Origin: Sphyrna mokarran
Lineage: Eukaryota
Length of the DNA: 64,000 nt
Assembly (NCBI GenBank): GCA_024679065.1
Contig: JAGIQG010000014.1
Coordinates: 19,034,001 to 19,098,000 of the forward strand
Direction: 5' to 3'
Made by a program: the position numbers and the translations under genes
In this document: positions 24,170 through 37,541 of the stretch, piece by piece
Numbering within the stretch: position 1 is the stretch's first letter
How the letters are laid out: each line of letters begins with the position of its first letter
Notes under the pieces: generated by a model
Seen by the model: the letters and a program-made list of their open reading frames with translations, nothing else
Told to the model about the DNA's origin: nothing
Database searches by the model: none

Positions 24170-26900
24170 AGGGCGTCACGCAGAGTTTAAATTATTTACA
24201 GGTGCAGATGTTTCAGTCTGAACTGATGAAGTAAAGTGGCTTAAATATATCATACTACAGCTATCATTCATCCAGTTACAAGGTCCATGAGGAACAACAC
24301 AAAGTCAGAAGTCAACTTTTGGCAAAATTAAAATACAAGAGTAAAGAAATCATTGAACTCCTGTATATCACAAAGTATCAAAAATCATCATTATCAAGCA
24401 AGAAAGCATACTTACAATTGAAACTGCCCAATAATGTTGACGAAATTCCTGATGAACAGTCCAATTATGTACTCATGAATGAATTTCCAACTATATTTTC
24501 TGACTTAGAAAGGCTGGAAACTGAATATTATGTAATTCTAAAAGCTGATGCTGAATATGTTTGCCTCTTCACACTGAAGTCCCTCTCCCACTCTTAGACA
24601 AAGACAAGAGCACAACCATGTACCTGCTACAGTAGGGGTTAATCTTTCCATTAACCATATTGACAATGTGGTGTTCTGCAATGGTCAGGATCTCAAAGTG
24701 AAAGAGCTCAATTAAAATCTATAGGGACTTGACTCAACAAATCAGTTAAATGTGAGATCCACCAATGGCATCAGTACGTGCAAGTTTTACCAAACTAGCT
24801 GAAGGTACCCTATTCATCAAATCAGATGCAAACAGGGGCCTTTACAAAGATTGTTTACAAAGAATATAGACTGTTAACCATCTTTATAATGCCATTCGAT
24901 CATTATCGTCTTAACAGGTTGCCATTCAGAATTATTTCTGCACCAAAGATATTCCAAAGAACGATGTCTCAGACCTTGGGGGATAGCATGGAAAAAGTAA
25001 TTTGTCATATAAGTGGCATACCTGAACATGGCTCCACAAGAGAACTGTGTGACCATAGAGTGAGAGCAGTCCTATAGGATCTATAGGATGCAGGTTTGAA
25101 GCTAGATGAGAAATGTGAATTTATAAAACCTATGACTAATTTTTTTTAGGGCACATCATGCAGGAATAACAGATGATTCACAGAGAACAAAGGTGATTAA
25201 AGTTTTCCTACAACCTAGGAACATTGCAAAGTTGCGAAGGTTGCTTCTGATGGTCAACTAAGTCGGAACATTGTGAACCAACTTGGCAGAAATCAGTAAG
25301 ACACTGAGACAGCCATTGAGACAAGGTAAACAATGATGCTAGAATGTGGACCAACAAAGTATTTTTAATAAGATCAAAAATCTTCTAATTTCATCTGGAA
25401 TTCTAGTGCAGTATGATCTAAAACTGCCAACAATTCTAGCAACCTCACACATTGTCTGTTGAGCGCTGTTTTGTTTCAAGCTCAAAAAGATGGAATAAGT
25501 AGACCAGTTTATTACACCTCAAGGTCACTCACAGACACAGAGAAAAGATAAGCAACCATTGAAAAAGACACACTGGGCTATTAGCGGTTCTCAAACCATG
25601 TGATGGAATTGAAGTTTAAAATTAAAACCAACCACAAACTAGTAGTAACTCTCCTAAACATGAAGAAGACTGTGAAGATGCTGCCTGAAATTCAACACTT
25701 CAAACTTGGACTAATGAAGGATGATTCAGTGATGGAGTAACTTCAAGTTTATCAAGAACACCAGCTGAAGAAACCAAATTAGAATATTTGAATTTCATTG
25801 AGGAAGTTGATGCATTTACTTCATTCCCCAAAAGGAAAAGAAAATTCAGACCAGTATTCCTACTGTCCTGTTTTACAGCTGTTCCAATTTAAAGTACACA
25901 AGACCAGTTCATACCATTCTTACTTCTCAGTTTTACTGTTTTTTTCTATCTGGATCATTACCAAAGACTCAGCAACTACCTAGAAGAAACTACAAGGGAT
26001 AATGCAAACTCAACAGCAGGGTGACAAATGTATCTAGTAAAAAAGTATAAGAAAGGATGGCCAGATTATATTCCTAACAACCAGAACTATGCCAATAATT
26101 TGAAAGAGAAAACATCTTATAATCATTGATAATTTCTTTGTTTTAAATCACTGATGAGTCATCCCTCAAACACTTTGATTCTTCAAACAATACATCAATG
26201 TCATTTCTTGTATTCAAGAGATGATTTCAAATTGCTTTACCTGTACAGTGAATAGCCAACAGCAGAACAAGCCACAGGCATCCTCCACTTTTGCATTGAG
26301 GCCAAGGGACTACTTGGGAATCATTACTACTCCAGATGGATTGAGGTGAATAGTTTGCACAACATCATAGAGGAAACATTCATTCATTCACTGAAGATCA
26401 TCAAACAAGGGATCTCAGACATTGTCGTGTCAGCCAACGGTCCCTGTTTGCTAACAAATTATTCCATAACTTTGTGCAGGGATGTGGTTTCTTGCACAAT
26501 TAGTTTGACTAGGTATCTTCATTCAAAATGAGAAACAGAAAGAGGAGTTAGGACAATCAAAGAATTGATGAAAAAGCACATATATTAACTTGGCCCTTCT
26601 TAGTCATGGAACCTCATCATGACAAAATGGGTTCTTACCTTGAGTTATTAACGGGAACAAAATTTCCCAGAAGTTAGAATCAACTATGACTTCAGATGAT
26701 CGTGAAACAGTATGAGGAGCAACAAAGACAAAAACATCCCTTGTAACAGCACAAGACCTATTAGTCCAAGAGGAGAGTGTGGACATAAGACCAACAGGAA
26801 GAAGGCATAATAATACAAAAAGCTCCACATGTGAGAACTAACGGGATTGAGATGGACCAGGGAAATATACAGTGCCTTAATATTCTTGGAATGAAAGCTA
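24170..26900 (+). pseudogene. Gypsy pol pseudogene
   Basis: Multiple stops and frameshifts; catalytic motifs are degraded (HMDD position reads HISG; protease DTG reads FTG). Confidence 0.85.
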
Positions 26901-26999
26901 ATAGAAATTTTGGCTTACTTTTCTGATCCAGACAAAAGCAACAGGAAACGAAACAAAGCTCAATGACCACCCAGAGGAAGGACACTTATATCAAACGCT

Positions 27000-27300
27000 A
27001 AGTCTCACAACACCAGGTTAAAATCCAATAGGTTTATTGGGCATCACAAGTTTTCGAAGCACTGCTCCTTTATCAGGTGAGTGGAGCGTTGGGTCCACAA
27101 ACACAGCACGTATTGACAAAAGCACAATTGCAAGGTAATGGTTAGAATGTGAGTCTTATCAGGTAATCAAGTCTCTACAAGTACAGACAATGCGAGTGGA
27201 GAGAAGGAGAATAACAGGTTAAAGACGTGTGAATTGTCTCAAGCCAGGACAGTTAGTAGGATTTTGCAAACCCAGGACAAATAAAGGGGGTTACATGTAG
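27000..27300 (-). mobile_element. Penelope-like element 3' fragment
   Basis: aagtctcacaacaccaggttaaaatccaataggtttatt terminal motif; reverse complement of the 39110-39420 type region. Confidence 0.8.
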
Positions 27301-27925
27301 GGCCCAATTTAACCATTTTGATTCTAAGTGCTGAATTTGGGTGCAATTTAGATCTGACTCGGAAAACTGCTGTCAGGTGCCCCCATGTGCACTCAGCCTG
27401 AAAAGAATCACGCTGTGGGTGGGACTTATCACACCCAAAATGCTGCAGATCCAATCAGAGCTTTGAACTTTGATGCAAATTTGTAAACAAATTTGAAAAA
27501 CATACCCCTGTCACATCACTCCTGGGTCGCAAAAAGTGGAAAAAGCAGCTCATCAGCGAAAAGCATGAACGATGACCTCCACAGATATCACTGCTTCCCA
27601 TAACATAACTGTGCCCCTTATCCACCCACCTACCCCGCCACCCAGACCAAGCTCGATCCTCCGCCTCACTGCCCCCCCCCCGCACCAATTGCCTGCAGAA
27701 TGACGGTAGACCCCCTCCCCCAGCCATCTCGGTCCTCCCTCCCCCACCAGAAATCCATCTGGCCTTCCTGTCTTTCCACCAGAGAATGATCAGGCCTCCC
27801 TCTTTCCCCCACCCACCCCATCCCCACTAGAGAACAAACCGGTCTCCCTCCCTCTCCCACCAGGGATACATCAGATCCACTTCCCTCCCCATCCTCTCAC
27901 CAAAGATGAGCTGCTTTCATGACCG
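27301..27925. mobile_element. Non-autonomous DNA-transposon-like element with C-rich internal repeats
   Basis: Begins gggcccaatttaacca; contains degenerate cccccaccagaga-type units at 27740-27905. Confidence 0.45.
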
Positions 27926-27929
27926 TTAC

Positions 27930-28190
27930 CAATCCTGATGTGTGGGTACATCCACAGTGCTGTTAGAGATGGAGTTCCAGGATATTGACCCAGTGACAAT
28001 GAAGGAACAGTGAGATGTTTCCAAGTCAGAATTGTGAATGACTTGGAGTTGGTCATGGCGTTCCCAGTTATCTGCTGCTCTTGCCCCTCTAACAGGTAGC
28101 AGTCATAAGTTTAGAAGGTGCCACCTAAGGAGCCTTGGTGGGCTCCTGCAGTACATTTTGTAGATGATATACATTTGCTTCTACTGTGAA
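27930..28190 (-). mobile_element. Fragment of the CR1/L2-group LINE (as 11610-11860)
   Basis: ggagttccaggatattgacccagtgacaatgaaggaac...ttccaagtcag matches 11635-11700. Confidence 0.8.
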
Positions 28191-28389
28191 GTCTGAGACC
28201 TTGGGGTGAGATGTAGGAGACTATATATAGTTGGATAAAAACTTGGAGAGAAATGTAGAGAAAAGGGTTAACATCATTACCATATCATGAACCCAATGGC
28301 ATTATTTCAAAGAAGAGCAAGGGACTTATCACCTTGTACCCTAACCAATTTTTCTTCCTCAATGAACATTTCAAAAAACGGATTATGTA

Positions 28390-29330
28390 GAAACATGGAG
28401 GTTTACAGCTTAGAAACAGGCCTTTTGGCCAAACTTTTCCATGTCGCTCTTTTTTTTTAAATCCCTAAGCTAGTCCAAATTGCCCACATTTGGCCTATAT
28501 CCCCTCTGTCTCATGTAACTCTCCAAGTGCTTTTAAAAGACAAATTGAACCCACCTCTATTACTATGTCTCGCAGCTTGTTCCAGACACTCATCACACTC
28601 TGTGTGAAATAATTGCCCCTCTGGATCTTCTTGTATCTCTTATCTTAAACCTACGTCCTCTAGTTTTAGATTCCCCAATGTTTGGTAAAAGATATTGACT
28701 ATCTAGCTGATCTATGCCCCTCATTATTTTATAGATCTCGGTAAGGTCGCCCTTAAGCCTCCTATGCTCCAGAGAAGAGAGTCCTAGTCTGTTCAGACTC
28801 TCCTTATAACTGAAACCAAAGGTAGTATTCTAGTAAATCTTTTCTGTACTCTTCCTAGTTTAATAATACCCTCTCTATAATAGGATGACCAGAACTGTAT
28901 GCAATATTCCAAGTGTGACCTTAAAAATGTCTTGTACAACTTCAAAAAGACATCCCAATTCCTGTATTCAATGTTCTGACCAATGAAACCAAGCGTGTCA
29001 AATGCCTTCTTCACCAGTCTGTCCACTGTGATTCCACTTTCAAGGAGCCTTGAACCTGTACCCCTAGATCTCTTTGTTCTATAACTTTCCCCAGTGCCCT
29101 ACCATTAACCAAGTAAGTCCTGCCCTGGTTCGCTCTATCAAAATGCATCATATCGCATTTATCTAAATTAAACTCCATCTGCCATTTGTCAGCCCACTGG
29201 CCCAATTGAGATCCCATTGCAATTCTAGATAACCTTATTCACTGTCCAAATGCCACCAATCTTGGTGTCATCTGCAAAGTTACTAACTCTACCTACTAAA
29301 TTCTCATCCAAATCATTAATATAAATGACA
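28390..29330 (-). mobile_element. CR1 LINE 3' part
   Basis: Peptides WADKWQMEFNLDKC and HLEYCIQFWS; 3' hairpin gaaacaggccttttggcc. Confidence 0.9.
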
Positions 29331-29334
29331 TTTT

Positions 29335-29480
29335 TGTCTCCGGGAGCTTGCTTCAAATTGGTGCCACATTTCCTACATTACAACATGACTCCACTTCCAA
29401 AGTACTTCTTTGACTATAAAGCACTTTGAACACACTGATGTTGCAACAAGCACTCCATGAATGTAAATATGTATTTCTTT
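29335..29480 (+). mobile_element. Deu-domain SINE 3' part
   Basis: gggagcttgcttcaaattggtgccacatttcctacattacaac...aaagtacttc; its 5' part probably lies at 28275-28388, split by the CR1. Confidence 0.7.
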
Positions 29481-30154
29481 CTGATGGTGCAACATGGTTG
29501 CCACTGACAGGCCTGAGGGAATGTACTAGCATGTTATCCAGGCAGACAGGAGTGTAAATTGGGTCAGGATCTGTTTATTCCCTGGCCTTAGTTTGGGGGG
29601 ATTTCAAATTAATGGGCCAGATGATTATTATACCCACTCCAATCCACATTCAACATTATTGAAAGGTTCAAGACCCAGACAAAAGATGCAATCAGAATTT
29701 GACTGATTCAGCCAAGATTTTTCCCCACACCCATTGCAATGTACACCTCTATAAAGCAGGTATGCTTGTTTGCCAATGCTCTATCCTGGCAAAGGTTGAT
29801 ACCTTTGCTCTCTACCATTTGAAAAACAGCAAATTCAAAACCTGATTTTGTACTTCAGTAATATCCCTGAAATAAGTATTCACAATATGCTAATAACCTG
29901 GGATTTAGCAGAGTCAGAATTACTGCACCTGCCTGGATGCACTCCAACAATACTTACTCCTCAAGAATTTCTAGCCTAAGGCAATCATCTTTTGGCAAAA
30001 GATTAGTCTTGCACTGTATGTAAGTTTTCTACTGCAGGACATCATCAAATTAGTTGGTCAAAAATAGCTAAAGTGCACTTCTCATACTGTGCTAAGCGAT
30101 ATTCTACTGGGCAGTTTCACTGCATTTGTTGATTTCTATACATGGTTCACTTGA

Positions 30155-30497
30155 GAGGTGATGTTGTAGTGGTATTATCACTAGACTATTAATCCAGAAA
30201 CTCAGCTAATATTCTGGAACCCCAGGCTCAAATCCCACCATGGCAAATTGTGGAATTGGAATTCAATAAAAAATATCTGGAATCTACTGATGACCATGGA
30301 ACAATTACTAATTGTTGGAAAAACCTATCTGGTTCACTAATGTTGTTAGGAAAGAAAATCTGTCCTTCTTACCCGATCTGACCTACATGTGACTCCAGAG
30401 TGGTTGACTCTCAACTGCCTTCCAAAGGCAACTAAGGATGGGCAATAGATGCTGGCTAGCCAGAAACATCCACGTCCCACCAATAAATAAAAAAAAC
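30155..30497 (+). mobile_element. tRNA-derived SINE with LINE-derived tail
   Basis: Head tagtggtatt...ggctcaaatccc; tail ggatgggcaatagatgctggc...aataaaaaaaa; homologous to 55101-55448. Confidence 0.85.
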
Positions 30498-30554
30498 TAT
30501 TACTTGCTGTTTGTCTGACCCATATAGAAGCTAATTTATATGAAGATCTGCACG

Positions 30555-30990
30555 AGCTGTAGGATTTTAACCCAGTGACAGTGATGGAACAGTGGTATAT
30601 TGCAAAGTCAGAATGGTGACTGGCTTACAGTAGAACTAGCATGTGGAAGTGATCCTGTGCGACAACTTCCTTTGTTCCTCTAGGCAGTATAGATTATAGC
30701 TGTTAAAGTTGTTTTGGCGCATTGCCGGAGTGCATTTTGAATTTAATACATACTGCTGCCACTGTGCTGGTGTGAAGGGAAAGAATTTCAAGATGGTGAA
30801 TGGGGTGGTAATTACACAGTCTACTATGTCCTGGATGCTATCCAGCTTCTTGAGTGTTGTTAGAATTGCATATATCCAGGCAAAGTAGACAGAATTCAAA
30901 CATAATCCTGAATTGTGCCTTGTAGATAGTGGTTATGCTTTAAAAGTGGAGTTGTACCTCTACAACCACAATATTTATATGGCTGGTAGA
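30555..30990 (-). mobile_element. Old copy of the CR1/L2-group LINE
   Basis: Peptide TTLKKLDSIQD matches 11930-11960 and 40430-40470. Confidence 0.7.
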
Positions 30991-32249
30991 ATAAAGATTT
31001 TTTGGCCACTCATAAGCCCCAGACAATAGGAGGGGTTGGATTGTGAGGTTAACAAACTACAGGTTCATCCTTCTCTAACCAGAATTCTATCATGTCTATT
31101 TTTAACTGATTACCAAGCAGTTATTGTACTGTTTATGAAGTGGTCTTGCGTCCAAATCCCCTTGGGGATTGAAGAAAATAATTGGTGGCAAGCAGTTTTC
31201 AAAAAAGATTGAACTATATACTGGAAGTCCGAAAAAATGAGTGCTTCTTTTAGTAAACCCATTCGAATGCAGCCCAGGAACTTACGCTGTAATAAATCAA
31301 CTCTTGTTCTGCACGATGGCATTATATTCTTCCAACTGCTTGCTCATTAGGTCTCTTGTTAATAGTGAATGTAATATTCTTGAAGGTAATTTGAAATCCC
31401 CAAAATAACCACCAGTCACAAGACCTGTTTTCTGTGTCCTGAATTTTTTTTAAAAAAGGCAGTGGAATATAGCTTTGTTATAAATGATCATACCGTATTG
31501 GGAAAGTATAGGATCTGACTGAGTACAGCCACTTTAGCAGTATAGGTGTTGTCGTTTCTTTCTGGCGGGAAGGTGAGTGTGGATGGAGGGCAAGAACTGC
31601 ATCAAAAAGAGGGATGATAATGCAGAAGCGTGAAACATTTCCCCACTTTATACTAAGTAATTTAGTATCGCGTTAACCGATTAGTTTGACTGCAGCTCAG
31701 ATATAGGGCATCCCAGAAGAACACATTCTACTATTCCAGTGTGGTATTTTCGTTTCCCATACCATTTACTTTGATCATGTCTCTAGACCAATTAGTGCTG
31801 AATTGTGGATAGTTTTATTACATGGACTAGTATCCATTGGGAGCTGGGTTTCAAGCTGCCCAAACTCATTTTACTTAGGACTCTTAACAACCATTAGAAA
31901 TAGAACAGACCTTATTTGTCTTGGCTAGATTTAAATCCAAGTCCCATTTGTGAAAAAGGCAGCATTCTAATCCTCTGTGTTCCACAGTTCCCTCAAGTTT
32001 AACTGAATTGTTCTTGGATCATTATAAATCAAGTATAATTCCCAACCAAACTGGAATGGAGTTAACCTCCTCAGCAAGCTGTTAATAGACAATTGTTTTT
32101 ACAATCAAACCATGTTCTTGGCGTTAATAGGATTGGTGTTGTTATATACTATAGATTGTGTCTTATAAGAGGACCTAGCAGATAAGACAAACACATTTTC
32201 TTGCTCCCAACCATCATGTCTGGGATTCTCCCATTGTTCATGGTAGCAT

Positions 32250-32575
32250 GGGTGGCACGGTAACACAATGGCTAGCACTGCTGCTTCAAAGCTCCAGGGA
32301 CTTGGGTTTGATTCCCAGCTTGGGCCACTATCTGTGTGGAGTTTGCACATTCTCCTCGCGTCTGCGGGGGTTTCCTCTGAGTGCTCCGGTTTCCTCCCAC
32401 AGTCCAAAGATGTGCGGGTTAGGTTGATTGGCCATGCTAAAATTGACCATAGATGCATAGCTTAGAGAGGATTAGTAGTCAACATATGTAACGACTGGGG
32501 GTAGGGCTTGGGTGGGATTGTGGTCAGTGGAGGCCAAAGGGCCTTTTTCTGTACTGTAGGATTCTATGATGATTT
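32250..32575 (+). mobile_element. HE1-type V-SINE with CR1-like tail
   Basis: Full tRNA head, V domain and tail ggccaaagggcctttttctgtactgtaggattctatgat. Confidence 0.92.
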
Positions 32576-34186
32576 TATAGTTCACACCATGCTCTGTGCA
32601 CTGGGAGGTTTGGCTGAGAACCAGATTCTTCACCCTCGCTTGCAGTGGCTGAGAGGCGAGAATGGCCAGAAAATTGCAGTTCATGTTTTCGTATAAGATT
32701 GGCATGTAAGCTGATCCCCCTTTTCAGCCATGCCATGCTATATGCATATTGGTATTCAGTCTCAACTTTTCATACCACCATTAGATGTTTTACTTATTGA
32801 TACGGATGCAAAGGATGAAGCAAGCCCACACACAACAGTGCAATGAAGTTCACCTGTACGCATGCCAGCAGTTCACCTTTGTATTCAACCTACAAGTTGA
32901 TCCCTGTTTTTGGAGGGGTATTTCTAGGTTTCAAAAGTTAACTTGTATACTGACATCCATGGAAGTCCCCAACAAACTATCAAATTCTAAGTACTTTTAT
33001 TAAAAACGACAAACGCCAAGCATCAGAAACCCTCAGGGAATTAGATGGGTGGTATCCCTACTTATTCTTTGATGTATGTTATGCTCTCTTGTCAATACAA
33101 TTGGAAAAATCGACCCAATATGCTAAGGCCCTGCTGACACTGTCAACATTTAATCTTCTCATTTGCTGCTTCATACTGTCAAAGATAGAGTCAGGAGCAG
33201 TATGTTGTCACTGAACTACAGGCTGCTTTCCGTGTTATTTTGTCGGTGCAGTGGAAACTGGGCTTGATTTTATGCTACACTGTTCATCTCCATCTCTTGA
33301 AACATGATCAGGCCTCTGGAGCCAAGAAAACTGGCATCATAGTCATAGCTAAAGCATGTTGCTGTGGCAACACAAAACACGCAACCAAATCCAAATTAGG
33401 TCATGCACTGAGGTCATCCTCTTGAAGGTTGGAAAGAAAGAAGAATAGAAACACCACCCTGTCTTTCTAATGGTTGTAACTCCAAAAACACTTGGTTATA
33501 TTCAAACCCACATCAAATGCCAAAGATGTGATTATTCAAATGACAAGTATGGATACTGGAAAGAATTTTCAATGTTGAAACAATGCAAAGGATGTGTGGC
33601 CTTTCAGGTCTAGCAGGAACTACTGAATTTCACCGCAGTTAGATAAAACAGTTTGCAACCAAAAACATTCCTTTCCAAAACTAAACTGGAATTCAGCAAC
33701 AATAAACAATCATTGGTACTTTGATTACAAAACTTAGCTCAGAAATTTCAGAGATAATTAGTTGCAAATTATCCATATTTTCTGACTTGGCCTTTTCCAA
33801 TCTGCAGAAACACTTATCACAGACCTTGGCAAATAATGACAGGAAGGATTGCTGCATGGTATTTCACTCTGTTGTAGGTTTTAGTAGATCTACAGTCTTT
33901 AGGCATGGAATTATTTCCCAAAGAATGCTAACAGAGAGACCGTTGCATCTTTTAAGAGAACAGAGAGTGTAAGATTATTGAAGGTAATACAGATGCATTG
34001 GCTAAATGGCCTCATTCTGTGCTTTAAACTTCTAAGTAGGTCTATGGTTCTTCTATGAGCATGGACAGTTCATATTAAAGATAAAGATTAAAGTGATGTG
34101 GATATAGTAACCACAAAACTGCATTGTTCACTCATGAATCTATCAGGATTAGACAGTTTGTGTTCAAATTCAGATCTTCAATTCGA

Positions 34187-34415
34187 GGACTTTTGCAGTA
34201 ACTTCATTGAAATGGTAATGTAAGCTTACTTGTGATACGGATAAATAAACAAAAAAAATCCTTAATTCACTGTTCCTTAACTTGTAAATGATGTCTTCAC
34301 ATTTGTCCCAATAAATTAGGCATTAGCTCTTCTGCTGTTGACTGCAGATTACATAGAATTCCATATTCTTGGCTAATAGGGGTGAAGTACTCATTTCGCC
34401 ATTTTTATTTTCAAT
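34187..34415 (+). repeat. Source of a local ~220 bp duplication (SINE tail plus unique flank)
   Basis: Near-identical to 35373-35587. Confidence 0.95.
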
Positions 34416-35372
34416 CAGGGATTTTTGGAATCCTTTTGAGAAGGCATTTCGTCACCACATGAGGTGTCATTTGTTTCCAATTTATTGTGCTGCCATACAA
34501 AGTAGATTTTACATTTGCCAACATAATAAAAGTGAGTGCACTTCAAAGTAATTCGCCAGGCAGGAAGTGCTTTGCAATGTCTCTGAGAGATGTGACCAAG
34601 TGTGAACTAATTCTTTCCTTCTTAAATATCCAAGCAGGTTGCTTTCAGAGACTCGGATTCTGAAGCTAATGTACTGATCTGAGCAGAAGAAGAAAGGATC
34701 TCCACAATTGTTTCATGAATCAGCTGCATTATTCCAAGTGGTCTCTGGAGAGCCTATATCCACATTGGCACCATTGAATAATATTTGTACGTCAATTTAG
34801 TAAAATGCCTCAGTCATAAAATATACTAGATATCAGCACTAATGAGGTCCCTCTTTTCAAGCCTTCAATTTATTCAGTTTGAAACCTGAGGGGATTTTGA
34901 AGACAATTGTCTATTCATTGATGTATTTGGCTAATGCAATGACTTAGATGAGTCAATAAATTTTTCTTACCTACACTGGCTCCTGGTCCTCAATGTTTCA
35001 AATGTAAATTCTCATCCTTGTATTTAAACCAGTTCACAGACTTGCCCTGCTCTATGTCTATAAATTATTCTAACTCTACAACTTATACCCTCTGCTCCAC
35101 CATTCCTCAGGTTCAGATTTCCTGTTGTCTACTCCCTGCCCTCAGCCTGTGACCTTTGCCCTTCTCTGCACCCCCCTCTGGTGCAATCATATCCTTCCTA
35201 TAATGTGGCAACCAGAATTGCACACAATATTCAAGTTGTGGCCCCACCAAACTCCTATAAAACTCTAACATAATTTGCCTGCATGTAATCTATGCATCGA
35301 GTAATAAAGGAAAGTGTCCAATATGCCTTTTTCACATCCAATGAACAAGTTCTTCCACCTTCAAAGATCTAT

Positions 35373-35587
35373 GGATTTTTGCAGTAACTTCATTGCAATG
35401 GTAATGTAAGCTTACTTGTGATACTGATAAATAAACAAAAAAATCCTTAATTCATTGTTCCTTAACTTGTAAATGATGTCTTCACATTTGTCCCAATAAA
35501 TTAGGCATTAGCTCTCCTGCTGTTGACTGCAGATTACATGGAATTCCATAGGGGTGAAATACTCATTTCATCATTTTTATTTTCAAT
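35373..35587 (+). repeat. Locally templated insertion copied from 34187-34415
   Basis: Interrupts the CR1 sequence between gatctatgga and agtccctttgctcc. Confidence 0.93.
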
Positions 35588-37421
35588 AGTCCCTTTGCTC
35601 CTCAGAATTTTCTAGTGTCATGCCGTTCATTGAATACGTTCTTGTCAAATTATTCCTTCCAAAGTGTATCACCTCACACTTTGTCGGTTAAATTCCATTT
35701 GCCATTGTCCACCCATTTGACCATTCTATCCACATCTTCTTTAGCCCAAAACACTTGGCCTCATTGTTAACAACCTGGCCAAACTTTGCTCATCCGCAAA
35801 ATTACTTAGTCTTCCCCTGACATAGACATCTACATTGTTTATATAAACTATGAATAATTGAGGACCCAACACACATCCCTATGGTACAGCACTAGACACT
35901 GGCATCAGTCACTAAAGCAGTTTTTTGCCATCATCCTCTGTCTCCAACAATTAAGTCAAATTTAAATCCACCTTATCAAATTACCCTGTATTCCATGTGC
36001 ATTTGCCTTCTTTACAAATCTCCCATGTGGGAACTTGTCAAAGGCTTTTCTGAAAGCCATAGAAACTACATCAACTGCATTCGCCTCATCTGCACACTTG
36101 GTCACCTCCTCAAGAATTTCAATCACATTTATTAGGCATGATCTCTCTCTGATAAAGCCAGGCTGATTATCCAAGTAGTGATAGATTCTCTCCTTCAGAA
36201 TTTTCTCCAATAGTTTTCCTACCACTGATGTAAAGGTCTCTATAAGCCTTCTCTAATTGGCAGAACCTCATTAACTGTTCTCCAGTCCTCTGGCACCTCC
36301 AACTGTGGTCAGAGAGGAATTAAAAATTTTTGGTCAGAGCACCAGCAATCTCCTCCTTTGCCTCTCCCAACAATTCATCTGGACCTGGATATTTGTCCAC
36401 TTTTAAGCTTGCCAACACCTCCAATACTTCGTCACTCCCTATGTCAGTTTACTCAAGAATCTTGCAGTCCCTCTCCCTGAATTCCATAGTTTCATTCTCA
36501 TTCTCTAGAGTGAAGATGAATGTGAAGGATTTGTCAACAGTCTACCCTTGTCCTTGCCCTCTAATGAACCCCACTCTTTCCCTGATTATCCTCTTCCTAT
36601 TCATATACTTATAGAGTATCTTCAGATTTTTCTTGTGCTTTTACCAGCCAGAGCTTCCTCATACCCCTCTTTGCTTTCCTAATTGCTTCCTTAAGCTCCA
36701 CTCTGCCCTTTCTGTACTCCACTAATGCCTCCACTAACTTGCAACCTTTCAATCTACTGGAAGTCTCTTTTCTTTCTTATCATATCATGACTATCTCTGG
36801 TCATTCATGTTTCCCTGGGCTTGTAACTCCTCCCTTCACCTTAGAGGGTGAATATTGGGCCTGTAGTCTCCCCACTTCTTTATTGAATGTCCCTTCTCCT
36901 TAACCCTTACCACTGCTTTTCTGTAGAGTTCCCCATAAGTAGCTGTTCCCAATCTACTTTGGCCAGATCTTGCTTTATTTTACTAAAATCTACTCTCCCA
37001 CAATCCAAAACATTTTTTGTCTATTTTTTTGTCCATAACAAGCTTAAATTGTACTATGCTGTTGTCGCTATCACTAAAATGCTCCCAACTACCATCTCAA
37101 CAATCTACCTGGCTTCATTCCCCAGAATTAGGTGCAGCACTGCACTGTCCCTTGTTAGACTCTCTACATATTGACCTAAAAAGCTCTTCTCTACACATTT
37201 CAAGAAATCCACTTCCTCTAAGCCCTATATCTAACTCAAATAATGTTGGATAATCATCTAATATAATAACCCTATTTTTAATTGTTTTTGCACACTTTCA
37301 TAAATTGCTCCTCAATTTCCTATTAACTATCTGGGGGTCTATAATAAACACCCAGCAATGTGGCTGCCCCTTTTTTATTCCTAAGCCCCACCCAGAAAGC
37401 ATCATTCAATGCTTGCCTCAA

Positions 37422-37541
37422 GACCGGAAAAATCTTCCCAAGGTCAATAGACTTTTGCGTGGTCCACTCCATCCACCCCCACATCCACCCCTGTCTGCCC
37501 AATATGATTCCCGTAGTGAGGAGGATGGGAAAATTTTGCCC
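37422..37541. mobile_element. MITE fragment
   Basis: Ends ggatgggaaaattttgccc, the same TIR as 22863-22918. Confidence 0.6.

Larger units (their letters stand above)
22538..28280 (+). mobile_element. Decayed Ty3/Gypsy LTR retrotransposon with nested insertions
   Basis: gag-like FNKWKQKPG / DSFINDLH / LRDELI..VVG (23380-23700); protease-like FKLFTGADVSV (about 24190-24220); RT LTIFIMPF..RLPF.I.SAP.IFQRTM; RNase H AVLFQ..RPVYYTSRSLTDTEKR; integrase YYSRWIEV, GISDIVVSANGP, ERGVRTIK. PR-RT-RH-IN order is Gypsy type. Candidate 5' LTR 22538-22762 followed by TGGCGA PBS; 3' LTR remnant about 28210-28280 shares aaagggttaacatc. Confidence 0.88.

Noticed and set aside
24170-26900. Possible domesticated Gypsy-derived gene
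   Set aside because: Many stops and frameshifts and loss of catalytic residues.
32250-32330. tRNA-like sequences with A and B boxes
   Set aside because: They are SINE heads continuing into V-domain bodies; no complete cloverleaf, so no tRNA gene is called.
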